This document shows, in pieces, positions 21,064-29,473 of a stretch of 64,000 bases of DNA (position 1 is the first letter of the stretch; every line of letters begins with the position of its first letter). The translations under genes were made by a program, and so were the position numbers. This DNA is from Candidatus Omnitrophota bacterium (lineage in GTDB: Bacteria; Omnitrophota; Gorgyraeia; 2-01-FULL-45-10), in contig JAPLME010000004.1 in assembly GCA_026387175.1 (NCBI GenBank), positions 447-64,446 of the forward strand, given 5' to 3'. The notes below the pieces were generated by a model. It was not told where the DNA came from. It was given only the letters and a program-made list of their open reading frames with translations, and did not search any database.

Positions 21064-22800
21064 ATGAAAACAGCGGACCCGCTTAAAGAAAAACTGATAG
21101 ATATTTTGATAAACGGCAAACTCATAACCCAGGAGCAGCTGGCTACCGCGCTCGATGTGCAGAGGAATATAGGCGGATCTCTCGGGAAGATCCTCGTCTG
21201 GCAGGGTTATGTCTCTCAGAAAGATATCGTGATAGCGATGAGCCAGCAACTAAACATTCCGCCGATAAATCTGTCTAAATATCAGATAGACAAGACGTTG
21301 ATAGATATTATCCCTGAACGGATAGTAAAGCAGTACTTGATAATGCCGATATCCAAGATCGGCAATGTGCTCACCGTCGCTATGGTGGATCCGCTTAATA
21401 TATTTGCCATCGATGACATAAAGACGCTGACCAATTATCGGATCCAGCCGATACTGGCCACTGAGAATGATATAAAAGAGGCTATAGGCACCTACTATAG
21501 CAGCGCGGCCATTGAGGACATCTCTGATATGCTCGATCAGGCTGAGGCCTCGGATGTCTCGGAGGTGGAAAAAGCAGAAGGGGAAGAGGAGATAAATGTA
21601 AGCGAGGTGGCTGAAGAATCGAAGAAGGCGCCGATAGTTAAAATAGTCAATCTGATATTGAATGAAGCGATGAAGAAGCGTTCGAGCGATATCCATATCG
21701 AACCGCGCGAAAAAAACTTGATGGTGCGCTATAGAATTGACGGTAATCTGGAAGATGCTCTTACTCTCCCTAAGAAAAATCAGAATGCGGTCATTGCGAG
21801 ATTAAAGATCATATCCGGCCTGGACATCACCGAGACCAGAATTCCGCAGGACGGGCGGTTTAAAGTAAACTTCGAAGGAAGAGAGATAGATTTCAGAGTG
21901 TCGATCCTGCCGGTGGCGTTTGGCGGCAAGATAGTTTTACGCGCGCTTGACAAGTCGAACCTGAGCATAGGCCTGGATGAACTCGGATTTTTACCGGGCC
22001 CTTTAAGCACTTTTAAGGCCGCTCTCGCGAGGCCTTACGGACTGATCCTTGTGACCGGTCCTACGGGCAGCGGAAAGTCCACGACATTATACTCAATCAT
22101 AAATCAGATTAACACGCCGGACAAGAACATAATTACCCTGGAAGATCCGGTAGAATACGAGGTCGACGGTATTACGCAGATTCAGGCCAGACCCGACATA
22201 GGATTGACCTTCGCCACGGGGCTAAAGTCCGTCTTAAGGCAGAGCCCTGATATTGTGATGGTCGGAGAGATAAGGGATTTTGAGACTGCGGATATTTCCA
22301 TCAAGGCATCGCTGACCGGCCAGCTTATATTAAGTACTCTTCATACCAATGACGCAGCGGGCGCGATAACGAGGCTTATAGACATGGGAGTGGAACCATT
22401 TCTTGTGGCATCCAGTCTCGTCCTCTCTTCGGCGCAAAGGCTCATGAGAAAAATCTGTCCGTTCTGTACGGAGGAGGTAGATATACCGAAAAACATTCTG
22501 GAAAAAGCGGGGATAAGCCTTGATGAGATATCTAAAAAAGGCGTTAAACATTTTCATCAAGGTAAGGGTTGCCAGAGATGCAATAATACCGGATATCACG
22601 GCAGGTTCGGTATCCTTGAGGCGCTTTTGATCGATGATAATGTGCGGGATATGATAATGAAGAAGACCTCGAGCGGCGATATAAAAGATTATGCCATAAA
22701 AGAACAGCATATGCTGACATTGAGAGATAACGCGGTAGAGAATTTTATTAACGGGACCACTGCGCTTGAGGAGGTTTTAAGGGTGACCTCGGAGGACTAG
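21064..22800 (+). CDS. Second PilB/GspE-family assembly ATPase (tandem paralog) with an MshEN-like N-domain
   Basis: KEKLIDILINGKLITQEQLATALDVQ N-motif, Walker A GPTGSGKSTT, CPFC...CQRC tetracysteine motif. About 45 percent identical to copy 1 by eye. It has an acidic linker (EASDVSEVEKAEGEEE) that copy 1 lacks. Confidence 0.88.
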   Translation: MKTADPLKEKLIDILINGKLITQEQLATALDVQRNIGGSLGKILVWQGYVSQKDIVIAMSQQLNIPPINLSKYQIDKTLIDIIPERIVKQYLIMPISKIGNVLTVAMVDPLNIFAIDDIKTLTNYRIQPILATENDIKEAIGTYYSSAAIEDISDMLDQAEASDVSEVEKAEGEEEINVSEVAEESKKAPIVKIVNLILNEAMKKRSSDIHIEPREKNLMVRYRIDGNLEDALTLPKKNQNAVIARLKIISGLDITETRIPQDGRFKVNFEGREIDFRVSILPVAFGGKIVLRALDKSNLSIGLDELGFLPGPLSTFKAALARPYGLILVTGPTGSGKSTTLYSIINQINTPDKNIITLEDPVEYEVDGITQIQARPDIGLTFATGLKSVLRQSPDIVMVGEIRDFETADISIKASLTGQLILSTLHTNDAAGAITRLIDMGVEPFLVASSLVLSSAQRLMRKICPFCTEEVDIPKNILEKAGISLDEISKKGVKHFHQGKGCQRCNNTGYHGRFGILEALLIDDNVRDMIMKKTSSGDIKDYAIKEQHMLTLRDNAVENFINGTTALEEVLRVTSED

Positions 22801-22823
22801 AGCGAAAGCTTGAAAGGGACGAT

Positions 22824-24041
22824 ATGCCGAATTTTAAATATGTTGCCAAGGACCGCGCCGGCAAGGCTTTGAGCGCAAGTCTGGATGCCAAGGACCGCGC
22901 GGCGGCCGTGGATGTCCTGAGAAAAAAGGATCTCATTATCATATCGGTGATTGAAGAGACGCCGAAAACCGGCATATCGCTTGCCATGTTCGGAGGGGCG
23001 AAGAAGATCAAGCTGGATGATATCGCCATGTTCGCCAGGCAGCTGGCCACGATGGTCGACGCGGGAATTACGCTGGTAGCCGCTCTCGATATACTGGGAG
23101 AACAGATGGACAATAAGGCATTCGGCGCGATAATATTGACCGTTCGTAATGATGTTGAGACGGGTTCGAGCCTTTCGGCGGCGCTGGCCAAACACAAAAA
23201 GGTATTTTCGCCTTTATTCGTTAATATGGTAAGGGCGGGTGAGTCCAGCGGTATGCTTGACGACATACTGGACCGGCTGTCTCAATATCTCGAAAAGACC
23301 AGCAGCCTTCAGAAGAAAGTACAGTCCGCTATGATCTATCCGGCCATTGTAAGCAGTATGGCGATAGGGATAACCCTCATATTACTCTTGAAAGTAGTGC
23401 CGATATTCAAAGATATATTTTCCGGCTTCGGCGCCAAACTTCCTACGCCCACACTCATCCTGATAACTATCAGCAATACCCTGCAAAAATATTTTTTAAT
23501 GGTTGTGTTATGCGTTGCCGGCATGGTTTTTCTGCTGCGCAAATATCTGAACACCGAAAAAGGCAGGGTAAAATTTGACGGATTCGTGCTGAATGTGCCA
23601 ATATTCGGGACCCTTCTCACAAAAGTCGCGATAAGTAAATTTTCCAGGACGCTCTCGACTCTCGTAAAATCAGGGGTTCCGATATTATCCGCGCTGGAGA
23701 TAGTAGGCAAAACAGCCGGCAATAAAGTGGTCGAAAATGCTGTAGATGAAGTGAGGAAGAATGTCAGGGAAGGCGAGGGTATAGCGGCTCCTCTGGCTAA
23801 GTCCAAAATATTTCCGACTATGATGACTAGAATGGTTTCAGTGGGCGAACAATCCGGAGAGCTGGAGAAGATGCTTTCAAAGATAGCCGATTTCTATGAT
23901 GATCAGGTAAGTATAGCCGTAAGCGGGTTAACCAGCATGATAGAGCCGCTTATAATAGCATTCCTGGGCATAGTCATAGGATCCGTTGTTATAGCCATGT
24001 TCCTTCCGATCTTTAAACTTACCACAGTTGTAAGCATGTAA
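22824..24041 (+). CDS. pilC: Type IV pilus platform protein PilC (GspF family)
   Basis: Two GspF repeats and three TM segments. Conserved position after pilB. Confidence 0.9.
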   Translation: MPNFKYVAKDRAGKALSASLDAKDRAAAVDVLRKKDLIIISVIEETPKTGISLAMFGGAKKIKLDDIAMFARQLATMVDAGITLVAALDILGEQMDNKAFGAIILTVRNDVETGSSLSAALAKHKKVFSPLFVNMVRAGESSGMLDDILDRLSQYLEKTSSLQKKVQSAMIYPAIVSSMAIGITLILLLKVVPIFKDIFSGFGAKLPTPTLILITISNTLQKYFLMVVLCVAGMVFLLRKYLNTEKGRVKFDGFVLNVPIFGTLLTKVAISKFSRTLSTLVKSGVPILSALEIVGKTAGNKVVENAVDEVRKNVREGEGIAAPLAKSKIFPTMMTRMVSVGEQSGELEKMLSKIADFYDDQVSIAVSGLTSMIEPLIIAFLGIVIGSVVIAMFLPIFKLTTVVSM

Positions 24042-24106
24042 ATCACCCCAGAAAGCCGCTCTCATTCCTGCGGAGATAGACAGTAAGATTTATTGCTTTC
24101 GCGCTC

Positions 24107-24135
24107 TTGACAACGGGTAATTCATAACGTATACT
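24107..24135 (+). promoter_or_regulatory. Consensus sigma70 promoter (-35 ttgaca, 17 nt, -10 tatact) for the major pilin gene
   Basis: tcttgacaacgg...gtatact. The identical 12-mer tcttgacaacgg recurs at 24631 ahead of the mini-pilin/pilM operon. Confidence 0.6.
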
Positions 24136-24188
24136 TTTATTGAAGGTCTGGAATATGCCCAATTCTGGGAGAAAGCGGGGTGATTTAT

Positions 24189-24530
24189 ATGATGACAAAG
24201 ATGAACAAGAAAGGCTTTACGCTTGTTGAAATAATGATTGTTGTCGCAATTATAGGTCTATTAGCTGCGATAGCCATTCCAAACTTCATCAAAGCGAGGG
24301 AGACTGCGCAGAGAAACGCGTGTATCGCTAACCTGAAACAGATTCAGGGAGCGGCTCAGGTATGGGCCATAGATACCGGCGCGGCGTCAGACGCTACAGC
24401 TACATCGGCGGCTCTGGTGCCTAATTATCTGAAGGGGTGGCCGAAGTGCGGTACGAATTCTTATGCAGAAACGACCGTGAGCGGCACTCCAACGTGTCCG
24501 ACCACAGGCAGTGTTGGCCACACTATATAG
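24189..24530 (+). CDS. pilA: Type IVa major pilin (PilA-like prepilin)
   Basis: Class III signal: short basic leader ending KKG, then FTLVEIMIVVAIIGLLAAIAIPNF (Gly-1, Phe+1, Glu+5). C-terminal Cys pair WPKCG...TPTCP forms a disulfide loop. The ORF-track start 24180 is GTG; an ATG at 24189 or 24201 is likelier. Confidence 0.88.
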   Translation: MMTKMNKKGFTLVEIMIVVAIIGLLAAIAIPNFIKARETAQRNACIANLKQIQGAAQVWAIDTGAASDATATSAALVPNYLKGWPKCGTNSYAETTVSGTPTCPTTGSVGHTI

Positions 24531-24573
24531 CCGACAGGTTCATAAGTGTTGATTAATGTAAACCTAGGATCAG

Positions 24574-24607
24574 CCCCGCGTCCAAATTAATGGGCGCGGG
24601 GTTTTTC
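24574..24607 (+). terminator. Rho-independent terminator after pilA
   Basis: ccccgcg/cgcgggg stem with a 14-nt loop followed by ttttt. Confidence 0.75.
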
Positions 24608-24668
24608 TATACATTTTGTCCATGCCATTATCTTGACAACGGTTTTTTTATATGATAATCTGACTATA

Positions 24669-24809
24669 ATGAATCTAAAAAATAACGCTGGTCTGACATT
24701 AGTTGAAAATCTAGTAGCGATACTTTTGGTAAGCACCCTATTGATAGGCATAATGGGTGCTTTTTTTGTTTCAAGTTACGCATCTCCCGCGATAGGCATG
24801 GAGAGGTGA
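24669..24809 (+). CDS. 46-aa mini-pilin (prepilin leader plus N-terminal alpha-1 helix only). It is absent from the ORF track because it is shorter than 60 aa.
   Basis: MNLKNNAG|LTLVENLVAILLVSTLLIGIMGAFFV has a class III cleavage/methylation motif (G, then L-T-L-V-E with Glu+5). The stop overlaps the pilM start. Preceded by the tcttgacaacgg promoter box. Confidence 0.5.
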   Translation: MNLKNNAGLTLVENLVAILLVSTLLIGIMGAFFVSSYASPAIGMER

Positions 24810-25852
24810 TGGCCGGATTTAACCTGCAATTAAAGCGTCCCGGAAAAATCAGGAGCATCACCGCGCTCGATATCGGCAGCCACTCGATAAAGATGATCGA
24901 GATTTCCGTTGGAGCGGAAAGGCCGTCTCTTGTCTCATTCGGTATAAAAAAGATACAGGGGCTTTCGAGCGGATCGGTAGCGGACGCCGTGAGAACGCTA
25001 TCTGAAGATCTTAAGATAGCGGGGAGAGACCTTAATATATCTCTTGCCGGATCGTCCATAGTGGCCCGTGTCATATCGATGCCGGATATGGGGGATGAGG
25101 ACCTGAAGAACGCCATCAGGTTTGAGACGGAAAAGTTTATCCCGTTCGATATCAATGAATGCACGCTCGATTTTCATATTCAGGGAAAGAGCGCGAGAGA
25201 AAAGAATAATTTAGACATACTTCTGGCGGCCGCCAAAAAAGACTATGTTCTCGCGAAGATAAAGATCGTGGAGGATGCGGGTTTCAGCGTCAATGTGGTC
25301 GATGTGGACAGTTTTGCCCTCACAAACGCGTTTCTTAAGAATTTCACCTCCATAGAGCCGGCTAAAACCATAGCTCTTATCAATGTGGGGGCTGTATATA
25401 CGAATCTTGTAATATTGAGGGGAGGAGTCATATCGTTCGTCAGGGATCTGGCGATAGGCGTGAATGACTTTTGCCAGACGATTTCTAAAAAGTGCGGCGT
25501 CAACCTGGAACTCTCCGACTGGTCTAAAGGCGTTTCGGCCGAGAAATCGGCCGAAGTCGCTCTTTCGGCGAAGTCCGCTCTCGCAGGTCTTGTAGATGAG
25601 ATAAAACTCTCTTTCGGATATCATGAAAACCAGAGCGGCAGAGGCATAGATGAGATACATATATCCGGCGGAGGCGCGGGTTTTATCGGACTGGAAGAGG
25701 CATTTAACGACACTTTCGGGTCCAAGCCGGCGCGGTGGAACCCTTTTCAGTTTCTAAATATAGATCCCTCCATAGTCAACGCTGATGAAATAGCCGGGAC
25801 AAACGGCTCTTTTGCCGTTTGCGCCGGACTTGCGCTGAGAGGAGGCCTATGA
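24806..25852 (+). CDS. pilM: Type IV pilus assembly protein PilM (actin-like ATPase fold)
   Basis: ALDIGSHSIKMIE N-terminus and FtsA/actin-like fold. Conserved pilMNOPQ order. Confidence 0.9.
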   Translation: MMAGFNLQLKRPGKIRSITALDIGSHSIKMIEISVGAERPSLVSFGIKKIQGLSSGSVADAVRTLSEDLKIAGRDLNISLAGSSIVARVISMPDMGDEDLKNAIRFETEKFIPFDINECTLDFHIQGKSAREKNNLDILLAAAKKDYVLAKIKIVEDAGFSVNVVDVDSFALTNAFLKNFTSIEPAKTIALINVGAVYTNLVILRGGVISFVRDLAIGVNDFCQTISKKCGVNLELSDWSKGVSAEKSAEVALSAKSALAGLVDEIKLSFGYHENQSGRGIDEIHISGGGAGFIGLEEAFNDTFGSKPARWNPFQFLNIDPSIVNADEIAGTNGSFAVCAGLALRGGL

Positions 25853-26472
25853 TAGAGATAAATCTGCTTCCGCAGGAACTCAGGAAGAAACCTCCGATTT
25901 TTTCCGGGCTGGATTTTAAAGGAATCGATATAAAGAGCATCCCGATACTCAAGATAGCCGCCGGCATAGGCGCTGGGCTAGTCCTGATGCAACTGGCGGT
26001 TTTTCTGTTCGGGATAATTTCAAGCATTGAGCTTGCTTCGACTACCAAAAAATACAACGCGATATTGCCGGAAAAGAGAGAGGCGGACATATTGAAGGCG
26101 AAAGTAGCCGATATCAATAAGAGATCCGGCGCTATCGACGAGCTGATGGTGAAGCGGTTTAGCTGGGCCAGGAAGATCAATCTCTTAAGCGATTGCATGA
26201 CCCCCGGGATATGGCTCTCGGAGCTTTACTATGATGAACGTCCGGTTCCAGGCCAGGCCAAGACGGCTATGCCCGGAGCGCTTGTGATGAGCGGATACGC
26301 TTCCGGAGTTGGCGAGCAGGGAGCCGCCCTTATAGGAAAATTTATAAAAAGTCTGCAGGATAATAAAGATTTCTATTCAGATGTCGCCAGCGTGGAACTG
26401 GTCTCCACGAAGAGCGACAAAGTGGACAAGCAGGACGTGATGAGTTTCAGGATAAACTGTTTATTTAAATAG
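25849..26472 (+). CDS. pilN: Type IV pilus assembly protein PilN
   Basis: MIEINLLPQELRKK canonical PilN N-terminus, single TM, coiled coil. ATGA overlap with pilM. The ORF-track start 25819 is probably too long. Confidence 0.85.
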   Translation: MIEINLLPQELRKKPPIFSGLDFKGIDIKSIPILKIAAGIGAGLVLMQLAVFLFGIISSIELASTTKKYNAILPEKREADILKAKVADINKRSGAIDELMVKRFSWARKINLLSDCMTPGIWLSELYYDERPVPGQAKTAMPGALVMSGYASGVGEQGAALIGKFIKSLQDNKDFYSDVASVELVSTKSDKVDKQDVMSFRINCLFK

Positions 26473-26478
26473 GTTAAG

Positions 26479-27078
26479 ATGCGGACGATATTGAACAACA
26501 TAATCGCTATTTTCACGAACCTTAAGAAGAGCCCGAAGCAGATGATAATTGTGATATCCGCGGGCTGCGCCTTTGCGCTCTTATTGTATTTTAATTTTTT
26601 GCTGAAACCTCAGGTTATCAACATATCCGGCATTAGAAGCAATCTCGGTAAAGTCAGCGCGGATCTGAGGGCCGCAAAATCTGATATCGCCAAAATCAAC
26701 AGCATGAGAAGCGCGGTCGAAGCATACAACAAGAAGCTGGACAAATATGAGAAGACGCTTCCCACGGAAGAGGGCATACCTGACCTGTTGGAAAGCCTTT
26801 CCGAGATGGCGAAGAGCTCTAATATGCGCATAGCCGGCATAGTGCCGGTCGATCAACAAAAAGGGGCCGGGTCCGGAAATCGTGTTTACAAAGAGATACC
26901 TATAATGATAACCGCCAAGGCCGGATATCATGGGGTGGGACGGTTTCTTTCCAGCCTGGAGAATTCCGACCGGTTTATGAAGGTGGTCGATATGCAGATA
27001 AAAGCCGATCCGGCTTCGCCGAAGAAGCACGATGTGGAACTGCTGGTGGTTACATATGTTTTGCTGGGGGGCCGATGA
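26479..27078 (+). CDS. pilO: Type IV pilus assembly protein PilO
   Basis: Single TM then coiled coil. Position between pilN and pilP. Confidence 0.8.
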   Translation: MRTILNNIIAIFTNLKKSPKQMIIVISAGCAFALLLYFNFLLKPQVINISGIRSNLGKVSADLRAAKSDIAKINSMRSAVEAYNKKLDKYEKTLPTEEGIPDLLESLSEMAKSSNMRIAGIVPVDQQKGAGSGNRVYKEIPIMITAKAGYHGVGRFLSSLENSDRFMKVVDMQIKADPASPKKHDVELLVVTYVLLGGR

Positions 27079-27464
27079 AATTCCATTTCGGGAAACAGGC
27101 GCACCTTATCTTTTTTTCGCTGGCAGCTATGGTTATTTTTATATTGCCCTGCGCCGGTGACGACTATAAATATGATTCTCACGGTAAGCGCGACCCTTTC
27201 GTGCCCCTGGTGAGCATAGACAGGCCCGCGGTGTCGAGATTAGAGGATGTGACATCGGTCGCGGATGTGAAACTGGAAGGCGTGGCCAGCACCCCTCGGG
27301 GAAAAATAGCCGCGATATTGAACGGTGAGATCGTGAAGGAAGGCGACAAGTTCGGGGATATAGAAATCAAAAAAATCACAAAAAAGACCGTCACGATAAT
27401 AATGGGCGGTAAAAATTATAATATCGATTTAGCCGAAGAGGGGGGAACAAAGAGTGGGTTATAA
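27075..27464 (+). CDS. pilP: Type IV pilus assembly lipoprotein PilP
   Basis: Lipobox LPCAG, small beta domain, overlaps pilO and pilQ. Confidence 0.75.
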   Translation: MKFHFGKQAHLIFFSLAAMVIFILPCAGDDYKYDSHGKRDPFVPLVSIDRPAVSRLEDVTSVADVKLEGVASTPRGKIAAILNGEIVKEGDKFGDIEIKKITKKTVTIIMGGKNYNIDLAEEGGTKSGL

Positions 27465-29148
27465 AAGAGCCGCAAGGCTATCAAGAAAGCTCCTGATCAT
27501 GGTATTGGTGATTATATTTATCGCACCGCCTTTAGCTCTTATCCAGGCGTTTGCCGAAGAAGGGAAAGCGGAGACGCTTCCTGAGAAGCCTGCGTCTGCG
27601 GTCAGCGTCCCGGCAGAGAAAGCTCAGGATGTTTCCGCGCAACCTGTTGCTAAATCCGGAGTGGCCCCGGCCCTGCCAGAGCCGCCGGCGCAGGAAGAAG
27701 CTAAGCCTGTGGAGGTCCTTCCGGTCGAGCCCGGCAACGTCACTGTCAATTTTAAGGGCGCTGAGATAAAAACGGTCCTGGCCTATATATCGGAAGTGGC
27801 AGGCGTCGATATAGTGTCGGCTCCCGATGTTAAAGGTATTATAGATCTTAGGCTGACCAATAAGCCATGGAAGGCGGCGCTCGATATCATCGTAAGAAAT
27901 TATGGATTCGCTTACGAGAGGGAAGGTGACATCATAAGGGTCGTGACGCTTGATAAGTTGAAACAGGAAGAGCTTACGACCCAGGCTTTTAGCCTTAACT
28001 ACTCAAAATCGAAGGAAGTCGTCGCGGCGCTAAAGAATATAGTAGGTGAGAGGGGCAATATAGTGTTTGACGATAGGACCAATACTGTTATAGTCACGGA
28101 TATCCCCACTAACATATACAGGATAGGCCAGATAATCGGAAGGCTCGATAAGAGGACGGAGCAGGTTCTTATAGAGGCGAGGATAATAGAGACGGTGCTG
28201 GGTAATGACGAGAAGCTGGGGATAGACTGGACCGCAAAGATGACAGTCAGCGGCGCTAGTCGTCCGACTACAATGCCGTTCAATTTCTTTAATAACGATG
28301 ACTGGAAATTTTTAGATAAAATGATCCCTTGGGACCAGACAAATGCACCAACGGTTATCGCATTACCGGGTACGCAAGGTACACAGACTGTAACGCCTGC
28401 GAATTTCCCTGTATCTAATGCTGGTATCAATGTGAAATCATTTCCTCTTGCGCTCGCTGACAGTTTCAGTTTTGGGACGCTAGATTTCAGCCAGTTTAAA
28501 GCGGTATTGGAGTTATTGAAATCGCGGGCCGACACAGATACCATATCAAATCCGCGCATAGCCACTCTTAATAATAATAAAGCTACTATAAATGTTGGCG
28601 AAATTATCTACATTCCTAAGTTTGAAAGAAACTCCACAACCGGAAAGATGGAGATCACCGGATATGACCAGACAAATTCCGGCATTGTGCTGGATGTCAC
28701 TCCTCATATTAACGATGTCGGCGAGATAGCGCTGGATCTGGTTCCCCAGATAAAAGAATACCTGGGGACTTCGCCCATAGCTCCGGGCAGTGATATATTC
28801 GCGCCATTATTCAGGACCAGAGAAGCAAAGACGCAGGTGATGGTGAAAAACAGCCAGACAATATTTATCGGCGGCCTGATAAGCGAGAAAGAAGTTGATA
28901 AGCGCACTAAGCTGCCGTTCATCGGGGACATGCTTGGCGATGTTCCGTATCTGGGGCTCCTGGTCTCCCATAAAGACATAGTTAAGCAGAGGGTGGAGTT
29001 GATATTTTTCATCACAGTTAATATAATGTCTCCCGGAACTGCGATAGAAGGTGCGCCGTTAGCCAGTAAAGCGTATGTGCCCGTATTTACCGATACCCAG
29101 CGTGGTAACACAGCCGCCGATAAGAAGAGATTGAAAAAAACATATTAA
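27454..29148 (+). CDS. pilQ: Type IV pilus secretin PilQ
   Basis: Signal peptide, N0/N1 domains (VNFKGAEIKTVLAYISEVAGVDIV), C-terminal secretin domain with GGLISEKEVDKRTKLPFIGDMLGDVPYLG. GTG start in the ORF track. Confidence 0.9.
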   Translation: MGYKRAARLSRKLLIMVLVIIFIAPPLALIQAFAEEGKAETLPEKPASAVSVPAEKAQDVSAQPVAKSGVAPALPEPPAQEEAKPVEVLPVEPGNVTVNFKGAEIKTVLAYISEVAGVDIVSAPDVKGIIDLRLTNKPWKAALDIIVRNYGFAYEREGDIIRVVTLDKLKQEELTTQAFSLNYSKSKEVVAALKNIVGERGNIVFDDRTNTVIVTDIPTNIYRIGQIIGRLDKRTEQVLIEARIIETVLGNDEKLGIDWTAKMTVSGASRPTTMPFNFFNNDDWKFLDKMIPWDQTNAPTVIALPGTQGTQTVTPANFPVSNAGINVKSFPLALADSFSFGTLDFSQFKAVLELLKSRADTDTISNPRIATLNNNKATINVGEIIYIPKFERNSTTGKMEITGYDQTNSGIVLDVTPHINDVGEIALDLVPQIKEYLGTSPIAPGSDIFAPLFRTREAKTQVMVKNSQTIFIGGLISEKEVDKRTKLPFIGDMLGDVPYLGLLVSHKDIVKQRVELIFFITVNIMSPGTAIEGAPLASKAYVPVFTDTQRGNTAADKKRLKKTY

Positions 29149-29200
29149 TCCCGAAAACGTAAATTATAAGTTAAGAGCGGTATTTTCCAAGACCGGCGAT

Positions 29201-29473
29201 ATGCGTTTCATATCGCACCTGGATCTTATGAGGCTTTTCCATAGGGCATTGCGCAGGGCAGGCCTGCCGGCTGTCATAACCAAAGGATTCAGTCCTCATA
29301 TAAAAATGAGCGTAATGAAGGCTCTGAAGCTGGGCGTGGAGAGCGCCTCCGAAGAGGCCGTATTTTACATGACCGAGAAGCTCCCGCCTCAGAGTTTTGT
29401 GGATGCAATTAACGCTAAATTACCCGACGGAGTAAAAGTAGTGAGCGCTAGAGGAGATGACTTGAATGCATAA
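29201..29473 (+). CDS. DUF2344 (TIGR03936-like) radical-SAM-associated protein, N-terminal ~90 aa only
   Basis: MRFISHLDLMRLFHRALRRAGLP...GFSPHIKMS...LGVES matches the start of the DUF2344 family that normally partners the TIGR03960 radical SAM gene. Full-length members are roughly twice this size. Confidence 0.6.
   Translation: MRFISHLDLMRLFHRALRRAGLPAVITKGFSPHIKMSVMKALKLGVESASEEAVFYMTEKLPPQSFVDAINAKLPDGVKVVSARGDDLNA

Noticed and set aside
24043-24180. 9-bp inverted repeat aatcacccc / ggggtgatt flanking the pilA promoter region about 120 bp apart
   Set aside because: It is short and widely spaced. The second copy overlaps the pilA SD and start region. It is likely coincidental.
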